This document shows, piece by piece, positions 38,964 through 46,728 of a stretch of 58,811 nt of DNA; position 1 is the first letter of the stretch; every line of letters starts with the position of its first letter. The position numbers and the translations under genes were made by a program. The notes below the pieces were generated by a model. The model worked only from the letters and a program-made list of their open reading frames with translations, made no database searches and had not been told where the DNA came from. Source of the DNA: a virus (Duplodnaviria > Caudoviricetes); IMG/VR virus record IMGVR_UViG_3300001242_000005, positions 1 through 58,811 of that record; one strand, 5' to 3'.

Positions 38964-39193
38964 CGAAATTTCTTGTATTTGCAATTATCATAATCGCCGT
39001 CTGCTGTGGAATTCGCTTCGGTATAGAAATAACTGAGCAGGTAGAAATAAAGCGACACAACGCCAAGATGGAAGAGTTGCAAGAGAATCATTACAGAGTT
39101 CTCGAAGAGATAATGGCATCCGGTGTCAGCGGGAGGCAGAGCAATGCTTTGCCTGAAGGGTTTATGGAAAAGCGTAACGATGAGCCGATATGA
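38960..39193 (+). CDS. N-terminally anchored membrane protein
   Basis: GAGGAGG upstream; FLVFAIIIIAVCCGI TM. Confidence 0.6.
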   Translation: MTKFLVFAIIIIAVCCGIRFGIEITEQVEIKRHNAKMEELQENHYRVLEEIMASGVSGRQSNALPEGFMEKRNDEPI

Positions 39194-39432
39194 AAGACTT
39201 TTGCACCCTCTCCCCCGACCACCCGTTCGGCTACGATATATCGGCATGATGTGCTCGCCACGACGACGATTACGCAGAGCAACTCGGGACCAGGCTACAA
39301 GCCGACTTGAGACTGTTCCTGTGAATCCGTCGAGCAGCCAATCAGGAGATTGCGCAAAAATATTACGATGCGGTCAGGTTGTGCGGATGGCCGTTCTGGA
39401 TGAAGGCGAAATTTTGTAAGGAGCGAAAATGA
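39190..39432 (+). CDS. Phospholipase A2-like protein with two in-frame UGA codons (putative selenocysteines U20 and U45)
   Basis: MKDFCTLSPDHPFGYDISA[TGA]CARHDDDYAEQLGTRLQADLRLFL[TGA]IRRAANQEIAQKYYDAVRLCGWPFWMKAKFCKERK*; ATGA overlaps at both ends; intact H-D-x-x-Y, AD and YY.AVR..G motifs. Confidence 0.75.
39325..39374 (+). promoter_or_regulatory. SECIS-like hairpin after the second UGA
   Basis: CAATC-AGGA-GATTG stem-loop, loop starting 19 nt after the UGA with G at loop position 2; extendable lower stem CCGTCG/CGATGCGG. Confidence 0.55.
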
Positions 39433-39704
39433 TCGACAAACTACTGGTTAATCTCGGAGTAAAGTACCTCGCCGCCAAGATGGACGGCCACAAGACCTAT
39501 TTCGGCGGAATCGTCCTCATGCTCATCGGCGCATCGAAAATCATCACCGGGACAGTGGGTTTTATTGGCACGATGTTCCCGGACCTTGCCACTCCCATGG
39601 ACCCGCAGAATTGCCTTGACCTGCTACTTGCCGGCGGCGGGTCCTTCGGGACTGGTTTGGCTGTTTTTGGCATCGGCCACAAGATCGAAAAGCAGGGGGT
39701 GTGA
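39429..39704 (+). CDS. Holin-like membrane protein
   Basis: TAAGGAG SD; DGHKTY and GIGHKIEK motifs with hydrophobic helices; lysis cassette context. Confidence 0.6.
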   Translation: MIDKLLVNLGVKYLAAKMDGHKTYFGGIVLMLIGASKIITGTVGFIGTMFPDLATPMDPQNCLDLLLAGGGSFGTGLAVFGIGHKIEKQGV

Positions 39705-39976
39705 CGATGACCGGATCCGACCACCGAAAGCTAACCGATGATGATATCCAAGCATTTATCGTTGCACTCAACGAAAACGAGAGCCATTGCCGATTCAAAG
39801 GTATCGATCCGCAACGGCTTAACGCTTCTGTTGAGTTCACCGAGGCGATAATTTCAGCGATCAGCGACAGCAAAAAAACGGTTCGAAATGCATTGATAAA
39901 GCTCGCCATTTACGGAATTGTCGGTCTTGCTTTGCTCGGTGCCGGGATAAAAATCAAGGAGTCAGTGAAGCCATGA
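39701..39976 (+). CDS. C-terminal TM protein (holin or antiholin-like)
   Basis: LTDDDIQA, H.CRF and a C-terminal hydrophobic helix. Confidence 0.6.
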   Translation: MTMTGSDHRKLTDDDIQAFIVALNENESHCRFKGIDPQRLNASVEFTEAIISAISDSKKTVRNALIKLAIYGIVGLALLGAGIKIKESVKP

Positions 39977-39994
39977 GGTCAGTGAAGCCATGAG
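39961..39994. repeat. 17-bp tandem duplication
   Basis: GTCAGTGAAGCCATGAG x2. Confidence 0.9.
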
Positions 39995-40160
39995 CACAGT
40001 AGAACGAATCCAACAACTACTTGATTGTGCCGTTCGTGTCCCGCTCTACGATGCAACAGGCAAGATTATTGTGCCTGCAGGCGTGGATGCTGCTGTCGAG
40101 GCGAGGGCGTACCGGAAATGTCTGCAGATTGCGAAAGAGGAAGAGGAAAACGATGACTGA
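39990..40160 (+). CDS. 56-aa hypothetical protein
   Basis: MSTVERIQQLLD...EEENDD*; overlaps the endolysin start. Confidence 0.5.
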   Translation: MSTVERIQQLLDCAVRVPLYDATGKIIVPAGVDAAVEARAYRKCLQIAKEEEENDD

Positions 40161-40722
40161 TCGACACTTTGACATCGCTTTCAGGTTAACGATGCAGAAT
40201 GAGGGATTGGGTAAACTGACCAACGATTCGCGCGACCCGGGCGGTATGACTTATTCAGGGATTTCTCGCCGATACTGGCCGGAATGGGCCGGGTGGGTCA
40301 CGATTGACCAGTGCGAGCAACCATTCCCTCCTGATACCATAGATCATTTGACAGATCTCACGAAATCTTTTTACCGGGTGAATTTCTGGAACCGGATGCA
40401 GGGTGACGAATTCGCCGAAATCTCGCCGGCAATCGCTTACGAGGTATTTGACACCGCGGTAAATATGGACGTGACCCGGGCCGTCGAATTCCTGCAGACC
40501 GGTTACAATGTCGGGCGGGGAGAGTATGGCGCCGATCTGGAGGTTGACGGGCGACTCGGGCCGAAGACTTTGGAGGCGATCAGGAATTACATGGCCAGCA
40601 AGCCGGGCACCCCGGCCCTTAATGAAGAGATCCTGCTGAACTGCATGAATGGGGAGCAGTATATTTTCTACAAAGCGAACCCGAGGCGGAAGTACTTCAG
40701 GGGCTGGTTCAGGAGGGTGTAG
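40153..40722 (+). CDS. Endolysin, glycosyl hydrolase family 108 with a PG-binding region
   Basis: NEG..TNDSRDPGGMTYSGIS, FDTAVN, VDGRLGPKT and GWF.R motifs; GAGGA SD before ATG 40153. Confidence 0.88.
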   Translation: MTDRHFDIAFRLTMQNEGLGKLTNDSRDPGGMTYSGISRRYWPEWAGWVTIDQCEQPFPPDTIDHLTDLTKSFYRVNFWNRMQGDEFAEISPAIAYEVFDTAVNMDVTRAVEFLQTGYNVGRGEYGADLEVDGRLGPKTLEAIRNYMASKPGTPALNEEILLNCMNGEQYIFYKANPRRKYFRGWFRRV

Positions 40723-40726
40723 TATC

Positions 40727-40960
40727 ATGATCAACCACAAACCCGCGAAACTCACATACCACTGCTGTTGCTGCAATCGTGTCCGGGGTGTTGATGGTAA
40801 ATATTATGTGGTGCCGTACAATCACATTCCCGGTACAAAAGCGAGCCACGGATACTGTGGGCCCTGCCAAAACGAGATAATGAGTCGGCGCAGGGTGTCA
40901 GCTGATGGCGTGAGGGGAGCAAAAATGGTGCCGGAAAACTTCTCGCAAAAAGGTGTGTAG
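40727..40960 (+). CDS. Small zinc-ribbon protein
   Basis: AGGAGG SD; CCCC...SHGYCGPC. Confidence 0.6.
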   Translation: MINHKPAKLTYHCCCCNRVRGVDGKYYVVPYNHIPGTKASHGYCGPCQNEIMSRRRVSADGVRGAKMVPENFSQKGV

Positions 40961-41193
40961 AAATGTGTAGAAATGTGTTGTTTTTTTGACCCTTTCAAAC
41001 TGTTCTTTTTATCAATACTTTCAACTGGCTGGGGGACGAGGGCTCGAACCTCGATAAGCGGAGTCAGAGGTCGAATTGCGTCTCTGATTATTAATTATAT
41101 CAATATGTTGTGATAGCCTATTTCAGTGTAGAAAAAACGTTATGTCAAACTGTCCTTCAATTACAGATGGTTGTGTAAGATAATTTTCTACAC
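40955..41193. promoter_or_regulatory. Putative integrase arm-type sites flanking the att core
   Basis: GTGTAGAAA at 40955, 40965 and 41126, and inverted at 41185. Confidence 0.65.
41026..41069 (-). mobile_element. attP core: 3' half of tRNA-Gln(CTG)
   Basis: Minus strand CTCTGACTCCGCTTATCGAGGTTCGAGCCCTCGTCCCCCAGCCA gives anticodon loop, T-arm GGTTCGA, acceptor strand and CCA; 5' half absent; near the integrase. Confidence 0.9.
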
Positions 41194-41267
41194 ATTCGCT
41201 CGTTTTTATAGTAATGTTGGCCGATGAAGCCGTGTCTATCTGCACAACAAAAAGCGAGGATTAAATC

Positions 41268-41882
41268 ATGTCTGTAAGGCCGCATCCGTCTAAGTCAAAG
41301 AAAAATCCAGGCATGTGGTGGTTGGTAGATATCGGCAGAGGTCGCGAAAGGAGACAGATAGTTTTTAATGGGACTGAGAGCGGTGCTTGCGCCTACGAGA
41401 TCCAGATAAGGAGTGGTGCGACTGTTATCCCTGGCAAGAAAGAAAAAAATCTTGTTGTCGCCGCACTGCCACTAAAATCAGAAAATGGTCCTTTCGTCTA
41501 CTTCCTTCAACAAGGAAAGCTCGGTCCTATTAAGATAGGATTTACCGACCAGTCTCTCTATACAAGGGTCAGGGCGCTCCAAACAGCCAACCCAGAGAAA
41601 CTAAGGCTCATCGGTTATATAACTGGCGGAACTGAGCAAGATGAATATCACCTGCATGAAAAGTTTAAAACAACAAGGATTCACGGTGAATGGTTTTACC
41701 CATCAGCTGAATTGCTTGGTTTTATTAAAACAGTGTCACACTCACATGTTGCTCAAGAAATTATAAGGACCGTCATAAACCTTAGACAGTTACTGTCTGG
41801 AATAGATATGGAGAAATCAAACATGATCTTGAAACACCTGTTTGAGGGGAAAACGGCAGAAATTGAAGAGTTGCTTAGGTAA
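41268..41882 (+). CDS. Fusion of an integrase N-terminal-like domain and a GIY-YIG (T5orf172/MUG113-type) nuclease
   Basis: FVYF...IKIGFT...R..LQTANP..L...E..LH..F...RIHGEWF; first ~50 aa align with the N-terminus of the adjacent integrase. Confidence 0.8.
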   Translation: MSVRPHPSKSKKNPGMWWLVDIGRGRERRQIVFNGTESGACAYEIQIRSGATVIPGKKEKNLVVAALPLKSENGPFVYFLQQGKLGPIKIGFTDQSLYTRVRALQTANPEKLRLIGYITGGTEQDEYHLHEKFKTTRIHGEWFYPSAELLGFIKTVSHSHVAQEIIRTVINLRQLLSGIDMEKSNMILKHLFEGKTAEIEELLR

Positions 41883-41896
41883 ATCCACCCCTCCCG

Positions 41897-42955
41897 TCAC
41901 ACCCCCACCTTCTCTCGCATTGCGCGGGCTTCGTCGCCTACAAAATCCCGAGTGACATTGGTATAAATTTTGTTCGTCGTCTCGATGCTTGAATGACCAA
42001 GTATCCGCTGCAGGGCGTGGGGGTTCATCCCAGACTCGGCGGCCAGGGTCGCGAAGGTGTGGCGCAGGATGTGATGGTTCACTTTCCGGCCAATCTCCGA
42101 GAGAGTTGCAGCCCGCTTTAGCTCCTTCCAGATCGTCGTAAATGGGTGCGGCTCCTCTCCGTCTGCTCTTGATCTTGGGTTGACGGTCAGATACCCGCTG
42201 AACCGCTTTGACATTACCGGCTCAAGCTCGTTTTCAAACCGATCGCTCATAAACGGCACCATCCTTCTCTTGTTCCCCTTTCCCAGAACCGACAACACCC
42301 TCCTTGACTCGTCAATATCTTCAATGCGGAGTTTCAACGCTTCCTCCAAACGCAAGCCGTGATCAGCCATAAGCAGGAACAGCAACCGATATTCCGGCCT
42401 GATATGGGTGTAGAGAGCATTGAGTTGCCGGCGGGTAAGCGGCTTTGTTTCCTCTTCAGGGATGGTCCTTTTTTTCGGAAACTTGGGAATTTTCAGATTG
42501 AGCGCAGGACAATATCCATTTTGTTCGGCAAATCGCAACATTGACGAGAAATAATTGAGATGCTTGTTGATGGTTGTCGGGGTTAATCCTTTTTCTAAAA
42601 GATGAACTTTGAAGTCGTTAAATATCTGCGTGTTCAGGCTTAATGGATGATAGTTTCCAAGCAGGGGCACGATATAGAGGTCGATGCTGAAACGGATATC
42701 CCGAACGGTGCGCGGCGATGATTCGGTGGCATACCAGGCGAGAAATGGGAGAATGAGATCCTTCACCCGGGTGTTCGATGGAGAGATTGCCTTTTCGCCG
42801 CGGATGGCCTGCCTGAGATCACGTTCGATCTTGGCGGCGCTCTCGAAAGATCCCTGAAACGGGGTTTGGTCGCGACTCCCGGCCCGGCCTACATCGATTA
42901 GCCACCATATTTCGCCGGGCTTAGCCTTTTTGGGGTAATACCTGCGGACGCTCAT
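41897..42955 (-). CDS. int: Tyrosine integrase
   Basis: GLRLEEAL, GKGNK.R, HILRHTFAT, LGH and TNKIY catalytic motifs; likely start MSVRRY right after the repressor stop. Confidence 0.93.
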   Translation of the reverse strand: MSVRRYYPKKAKPGEIWWLIDVGRAGSRDQTPFQGSFESAAKIERDLRQAIRGEKAISPSNTRVKDLILPFLAWYATESSPRTVRDIRFSIDLYIVPLLGNYHPLSLNTQIFNDFKVHLLEKGLTPTTINKHLNYFSSMLRFAEQNGYCPALNLKIPKFPKKRTIPEEETKPLTRRQLNALYTHIRPEYRLLFLLMADHGLRLEEALKLRIEDIDESRRVLSVLGKGNKRRMVPFMSDRFENELEPVMSKRFSGYLTVNPRSRADGEEPHPFTTIWKELKRAATLSEIGRKVNHHILRHTFATLAAESGMNPHALQRILGHSSIETTNKIYTNVTRDFVGDEARAMREKVGV

Positions 42956-42956
42956 C

Positions 42957-43730
42957 TCAATGCTTACGGTTGAACGGTTCGGCCGTGGTGTCGGCCTCGG
43001 TGGCCAGAACAATTATATACTCACTGCCATCGATCCTGATCGGCTTGCAATCCAGTTTGTATCGCAAGTTGTCAATTATTTTGTAACCACTCGATGCGGT
43101 TGCTGTTGTTTTTGCAATATTCAGCGGACATATGTCAAGATTCGTACACGCATCACCTTCACAGTTGTCGCAGAATTTCTTTCCCTTAAGGATCTTCAGA
43201 GAACGGCTCTTGATGTTTTGCTCGACAACGATATCATCGTGAATCAGCATCGCCGATACCGGCATTTCGTTAAATGCCGTTTGCCAATAAACTCTCTCCT
43301 TTTCAATGTCCCGGCACTGGCCAACAAATGCCTGGATAGATGTGGATGCGATCGCAACTGCATTCAGGACGTCCATAGAACTGACCTTCGCTGGAAATGT
43401 TTTTTCTGGGGCCGGGAATGCCAAGGGAGAAACAAAACGCAGGTGAGGCGCGTGGCGTGCGTCGGACTGCTGCTGCTTTCTCGCCCCTATCAGTATCAAG
43501 TCGTCTTCGTACATTCCAAGCGCCTTGCATATCTTTCTCCGCCATTTTGCGGTGCAACCAGAGCGCCTATTAAGCACTCTGCTCAGATTAACATCGTTGA
43601 TGTTTGCTCGCTCAGCAATGTCTTTCTGAACCAAGTCTTTTTCCTCGATGACTGCCGACAACCCGGTAAGGAAAAAATCTAAATCTTCTTTTGTCATATC
43701 CATTAATTGCTCTTCGATGCTCTCATTCAT
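42957..43730 (-). CDS. CI-like repressor: XRE HTH plus a C-terminal Cys-rich PAS-like domain
   Basis: QKDIAERANINDVNLSRVLN HTH; WQTAFNEMPVSAMLI..N..GKKFCDNC....C.....CP; GGGAG SD; divergent from the Cro-like gene. Confidence 0.75.
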   Translation of the reverse strand: MNESIEEQLMDMTKEDLDFFLTGLSAVIEEKDLVQKDIAERANINDVNLSRVLNRRSGCTAKWRRKICKALGMYEDDLILIGARKQQQSDARHAPHLRFVSPLAFPAPEKTFPAKVSSMDVLNAVAIASTSIQAFVGQCRDIEKERVYWQTAFNEMPVSAMLIHDDIVVEQNIKSRSLKILKGKKFCDNCEGDACTNLDICPLNIAKTTATASSGYKIIDNLRYKLDCKPIRIDGSEYIIVLATEADTTAEPFNRKH

Positions 43731-43805
43731 TTCTGCTCTCCCGCTCAAAGGTTGAATATATCTGGATTTGTCAAAATGTAAAGAAACAAGTTAATGCTAA
43801 CGTCA

Positions 43806-43835
43806 ATACTACCATTAACTTTTTATTAGTGTCAA
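43806..43835 (-). promoter_or_regulatory. Leftward (repressor-integrase) promoter
   Basis: TTGACA-18-TAGTAT on the minus strand; GTTAATG motifs at 43790, 43813 (inverted) and 43903 are candidate operators. Confidence 0.55.
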
Positions 43836-43936
43836 ATAAATTTTTTCATGTGTCGAAATTTTCCGCAATAATAAATAAATAGCAACAAATGTTAGTAGTA
43901 AAGTTAATGTATACGCTAATTATGCAAATAAAAGTG

Positions 43937-43965
43937 TTGCGTCAACACTTGTGTTGCTGTAACAT
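43937..43965 (+). promoter_or_regulatory. Rightward early promoter
   Basis: TTGCGT-17-TAACAT overlapping the palindrome GTGTTG-CGT-CAACAC. Confidence 0.5.
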
Positions 43966-44031
43966 GGCCTCACATTAGCAAAACATGAGCGAGTGGAAAA
44001 ATTGACGAAATTAACACAGATAGGTGGATAA

Positions 44032-44271
44032 ATGGCAGGTGAGCAGAAAAGACATAAGATAACAAGTCAAGCTGCCTTAGCAAGACTTGTGCCATGCAAC
44101 CCTGTTACTCTAAGCAGGGGAAAAACGCAAAAAGGGTATCTTTCCGTAGAAAAATACGAAATTTTGGCGCAACTGACAAACATCAATAAGGATTTGTGGG
44201 CGTTTGGCTCACGGAAGAAATTAGCGGCAGAATTGAGGGCGTTTTTCAAAAGACAGAAATACGGCTATTGA
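44032..44271 (+). CDS. Cro-like HTH protein
   Basis: 79 aa, basic, SQAALARLVPCNPVTLSR HTH; first gene divergent from the repressor. Confidence 0.7.
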   Translation: MAGEQKRHKITSQAALARLVPCNPVTLSRGKTQKGYLSVEKYEILAQLTNINKDLWAFGSRKKLAAELRAFFKRQKYGY

Positions 44272-44296
44272 AAAGTTTAGATTAGCGAGGTGGGCA

Positions 44297-45052
44297 ATGA
44301 ATGAGCTTATTGTGGCAGGACCAGAAAATAAAAGAATGACCAGTTTGGAAATTTCCGAGCTGGTTGAAAAGCGGCATGACAACGTGAGGAGGACTATCGA
44401 AACCATCGCAAAGCGCGGCGTGATTGAATTACCTCAAACTGAGGAAATCCCCACAGCAACAAAACCGACATCTGTCTACCTCCTCGACAAGCGCTCCAGC
44501 CTGATCGTGGTCGCCCAGCTCTCCCCGGAATTCACCGCAAGGGTTATTGACCGGTGGCAGGAACTTGAATCACAGGCCAAGCAAATCATCCCCCAACTCC
44601 CCGACTTCACCAATCCGGCAATCGCCGCCAGGGCCTGGGCGGATGAGGTGGAGAAGAAACTGGAGCTTCAGCATGTCGTCACAGAACAGCAGGTCAAGAT
44701 CTCTGCCGACCGCCCAAAAGTAGAGTTCGCCACCGCCATTGAGGATTCACGGAAATCCATCAAGGTTGACGACTTTGCCAAACTCCTCAACAATGCCGGA
44801 GTGAAGATCGGCAGGAATCGAATGTTTGAGTGGCTCAGAGAGAAGCGATACTTGATGGCGAACAACAAACCATATCAGGCCTACATCGACAACAGGTGGT
44901 TCTCGGTGGTTGAGAAAACCCGTGAATCAGATAACGGTCCGGTCCCGTACATCCAGACAATGATCACGGGAAAGGGCCAGATTGCTCTTACCAGGAAGAT
45001 TGTTGAATATTTCAACCCGATCATCACAGTCGGCGCCGAAGCCAGAGCATAA
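44297..45052 (+). CDS. Antirepressor, Rha N-terminal plus KilAC/ANT domain
   Basis: MTSLEISELVEKRHDNV.R.IE, LPDFTNPA.AARAWA, PKVEF, IGRNRMFEWLR and ITGKGQ motifs. Confidence 0.9.
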   Translation: MNELIVAGPENKRMTSLEISELVEKRHDNVRRTIETIAKRGVIELPQTEEIPTATKPTSVYLLDKRSSLIVVAQLSPEFTARVIDRWQELESQAKQIIPQLPDFTNPAIAARAWADEVEKKLELQHVVTEQQVKISADRPKVEFATAIEDSRKSIKVDDFAKLLNNAGVKIGRNRMFEWLREKRYLMANNKPYQAYIDNRWFSVVEKTRESDNGPVPYIQTMITGKGQIALTRKIVEYFNPIITVGAEARA

Positions 45053-45056
45053 CCCC

Positions 45057-45263
45057 ATGACCGCCCAAAAAATAAACCAAGGCACCATCCTCCAGCAGAT
45101 CCTGGACCGCCTGATCGCAATTGAGAAACAGGTCGACCAGATTGCAAACCCCATGGCGTCAATCGCCCTGGAGGAGAAAACCGCGATACTCGGCAGGGCT
45201 ATAGTATCGGGCGACAAGCAGCGGATCAAAGCAGCAAAAAAACTCATCAGCGGAGGCAAATAA
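45057..45263 (+). CDS. Hypothetical protein
   Basis: Fits between its neighbours; TAATG overlap. Confidence 0.55.
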   Translation: MTAQKINQGTILQQILDRLIAIEKQVDQIANPMASIALEEKTAILGRAIVSGDKQRIKAAKKLISGGK

Positions 45264-45574
45264 TGAAGAAAAGAGATCTGACGAAATACTATTACGGCCA
45301 CATGAACCCGCAACCAACATTTTTGGACAAGCACGGCAAGAAGGTCGGCGCGGCAATCTGCGCCATGTCGGCAATATTCATGGTCGCGGTGATGATCCTC
45401 TCTTTATTCATGGTCGCGGTGATGATCCTCTCTTTCATGCTTATCGCTCCGACGGCGATTGAGGGGATGACCGATCATAGCTCACCAGACGGCAGATACG
45501 TTTTGCAAGGCCATGAACCTGTTAATGGATATGGAGGTGGAGTCGATGGCAAAGGAAGACTGGTTTGGAAATGA
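45263..45574 (+). CDS. Membrane protein with a duplicated TM segment
   Basis: GGAGG SD; FMVAVMILS twice. Confidence 0.6.
   Translation: MKKRDLTKYYYGHMNPQPTFLDKHGKKVGAAICAMSAIFMVAVMILSLFMVAVMILSFMLIAPTAIEGMTDHSSPDGRYVLQGHEPVNGYGGGVDGKGRLVWK
45375..45434. repeat. 30-bp perfect tandem duplication
   Basis: TATTCATGGTCGCGGTGATGATCCTCTCTT x2. Confidence 0.92.
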
Positions 45575-45743
45575 GGTCGAGGAGCAGGAAAAACCGCTCT
45601 CGAAAGTTGAAAAAGCAGTTTTGACGGTCGTTATATGCCTGGTGCTGGCCATATGCTGGATATTCAGCAAGTAGTCCGGGATTAAGTGAGGGAAAATCGG
45701 GAGAGCGGGCGGTTGCCGCCTGCAAGCCGAGGAGGGTGCGGCG

Positions 45744-46130
45744 ATGATGGAGCGGTGGAGAGGAGAGGAGAGGAGAGGAGAGGAAAAACCTACCAGGATC
45801 ATAATGCCGCCGCGGATTGTCAAACTCGGCAAGCGCGGGGCGGCGACAACCATGATTCTTACCTGCGACAATGGCGAGGAATACGGCATCCAGGAGCTGG
45901 CGAAGATTGTCGGCTTTGCCCACTCGCACGGGCTGTATCAGCGGCTGCGGTCGCACGGATGGGACAATGCCGACATCCTTAAACCGCCGAGTCGCAAGGG
46001 ATACAGGATCGACGGGGGTGGATCTGGAGCGTGTGCCGAAAAAGGCGAATTGAGCCGGTTGAGCAACCGGAGCAGATCGGAGAATTTGAAGAAGATCCCG
46101 GCTGCCGGGATCTGGGAGAGAAGGTTATGA
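45744..46130 (+). CDS. Hypothetical DNA-binding-like protein
   Basis: GAGGAGG SD; EEYGIQELAK...LYQRL...GW; (GGAGA)5 near the 5' end. Confidence 0.55.
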   Translation: MMERWRGEERRGEEKPTRIIMPPRIVKLGKRGAATTMILTCDNGEEYGIQELAKIVGFAHSHGLYQRLRSHGWDNADILKPPSRKGYRIDGGGSGACAEKGELSRLSNRSRSENLKKIPAAGIWERRL

Positions 46131-46264
46131 AGAAAGCGTATATGCGGGGTGAGTGGGCGTGAGAGTTGGCGGACACATCATATCGAACGGGAGAAAACCA
46201 GATTACGGCTGAGGCGAGCGCCCTCCTAGGGCGCGGACATAAATCAGCGGGATGGTATATCGGT

Positions 46265-46334
46265 GGCGTGATGGAGAGGGTTTTCTTTTATGGGTTGAAG
46301 GGTTCTCGGTGTCTTCCTCTCTATCACGCCTTTT
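46265..46334 (+). terminator. Long-loop hairpin with a T tail
   Basis: GGCGTGATGGAGAGG / CCTCTCTATCACGCC 15-bp stem followed by TTTT. Confidence 0.5.
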
Positions 46335-46728
46335 GAGCGGTTTTAATTTCGGCGGGAGAAAAAATGATTCGGCAGATTGCAAGCGGGGTGATTATCGCGC
46401 CGGTGATGATGCTGGGGATCTGGCTGTTTATGGTGCAGCTGGCCGAATATGGCTGGTGAATGTGAAAACAATCAACTTAAGGAGAGCATGATGAGCGCAG
46501 AAAAAGGAACGAGTTCAAACCTGGCAGGGCTTGAACTCGTAGAAAGCAAAGGTCTTGGGATAACCTTATGTCAGGTCGGTAATATAAACTCTTTTTGTCC
46601 TTTGTGCAAGATTCTTTTGGTCATTGTCCGGCAACAGCAGTGGACAAGGATCTCTCAGTCGTTTTCTCCACGTTTTACCGGGCAGCAGAAGCTGCTTGTT
46701 GCTCCTTGATTGAGGAGGGCAAACAGCT

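Noticed and set aside
39123-39419. 98-aa track ORF as the gene filling this gap
   Set aside because: Arg/Pro-rich with no motif and overlaps the upstream gene by 71 nt; the TGA-containing frame fits both neighbours exactly and carries PLA2 motifs
41026-41069. Functional phage tRNA gene
   Set aside because: Only the anticodon loop to CCA is present; the D-arm and 5' acceptor strand are missing
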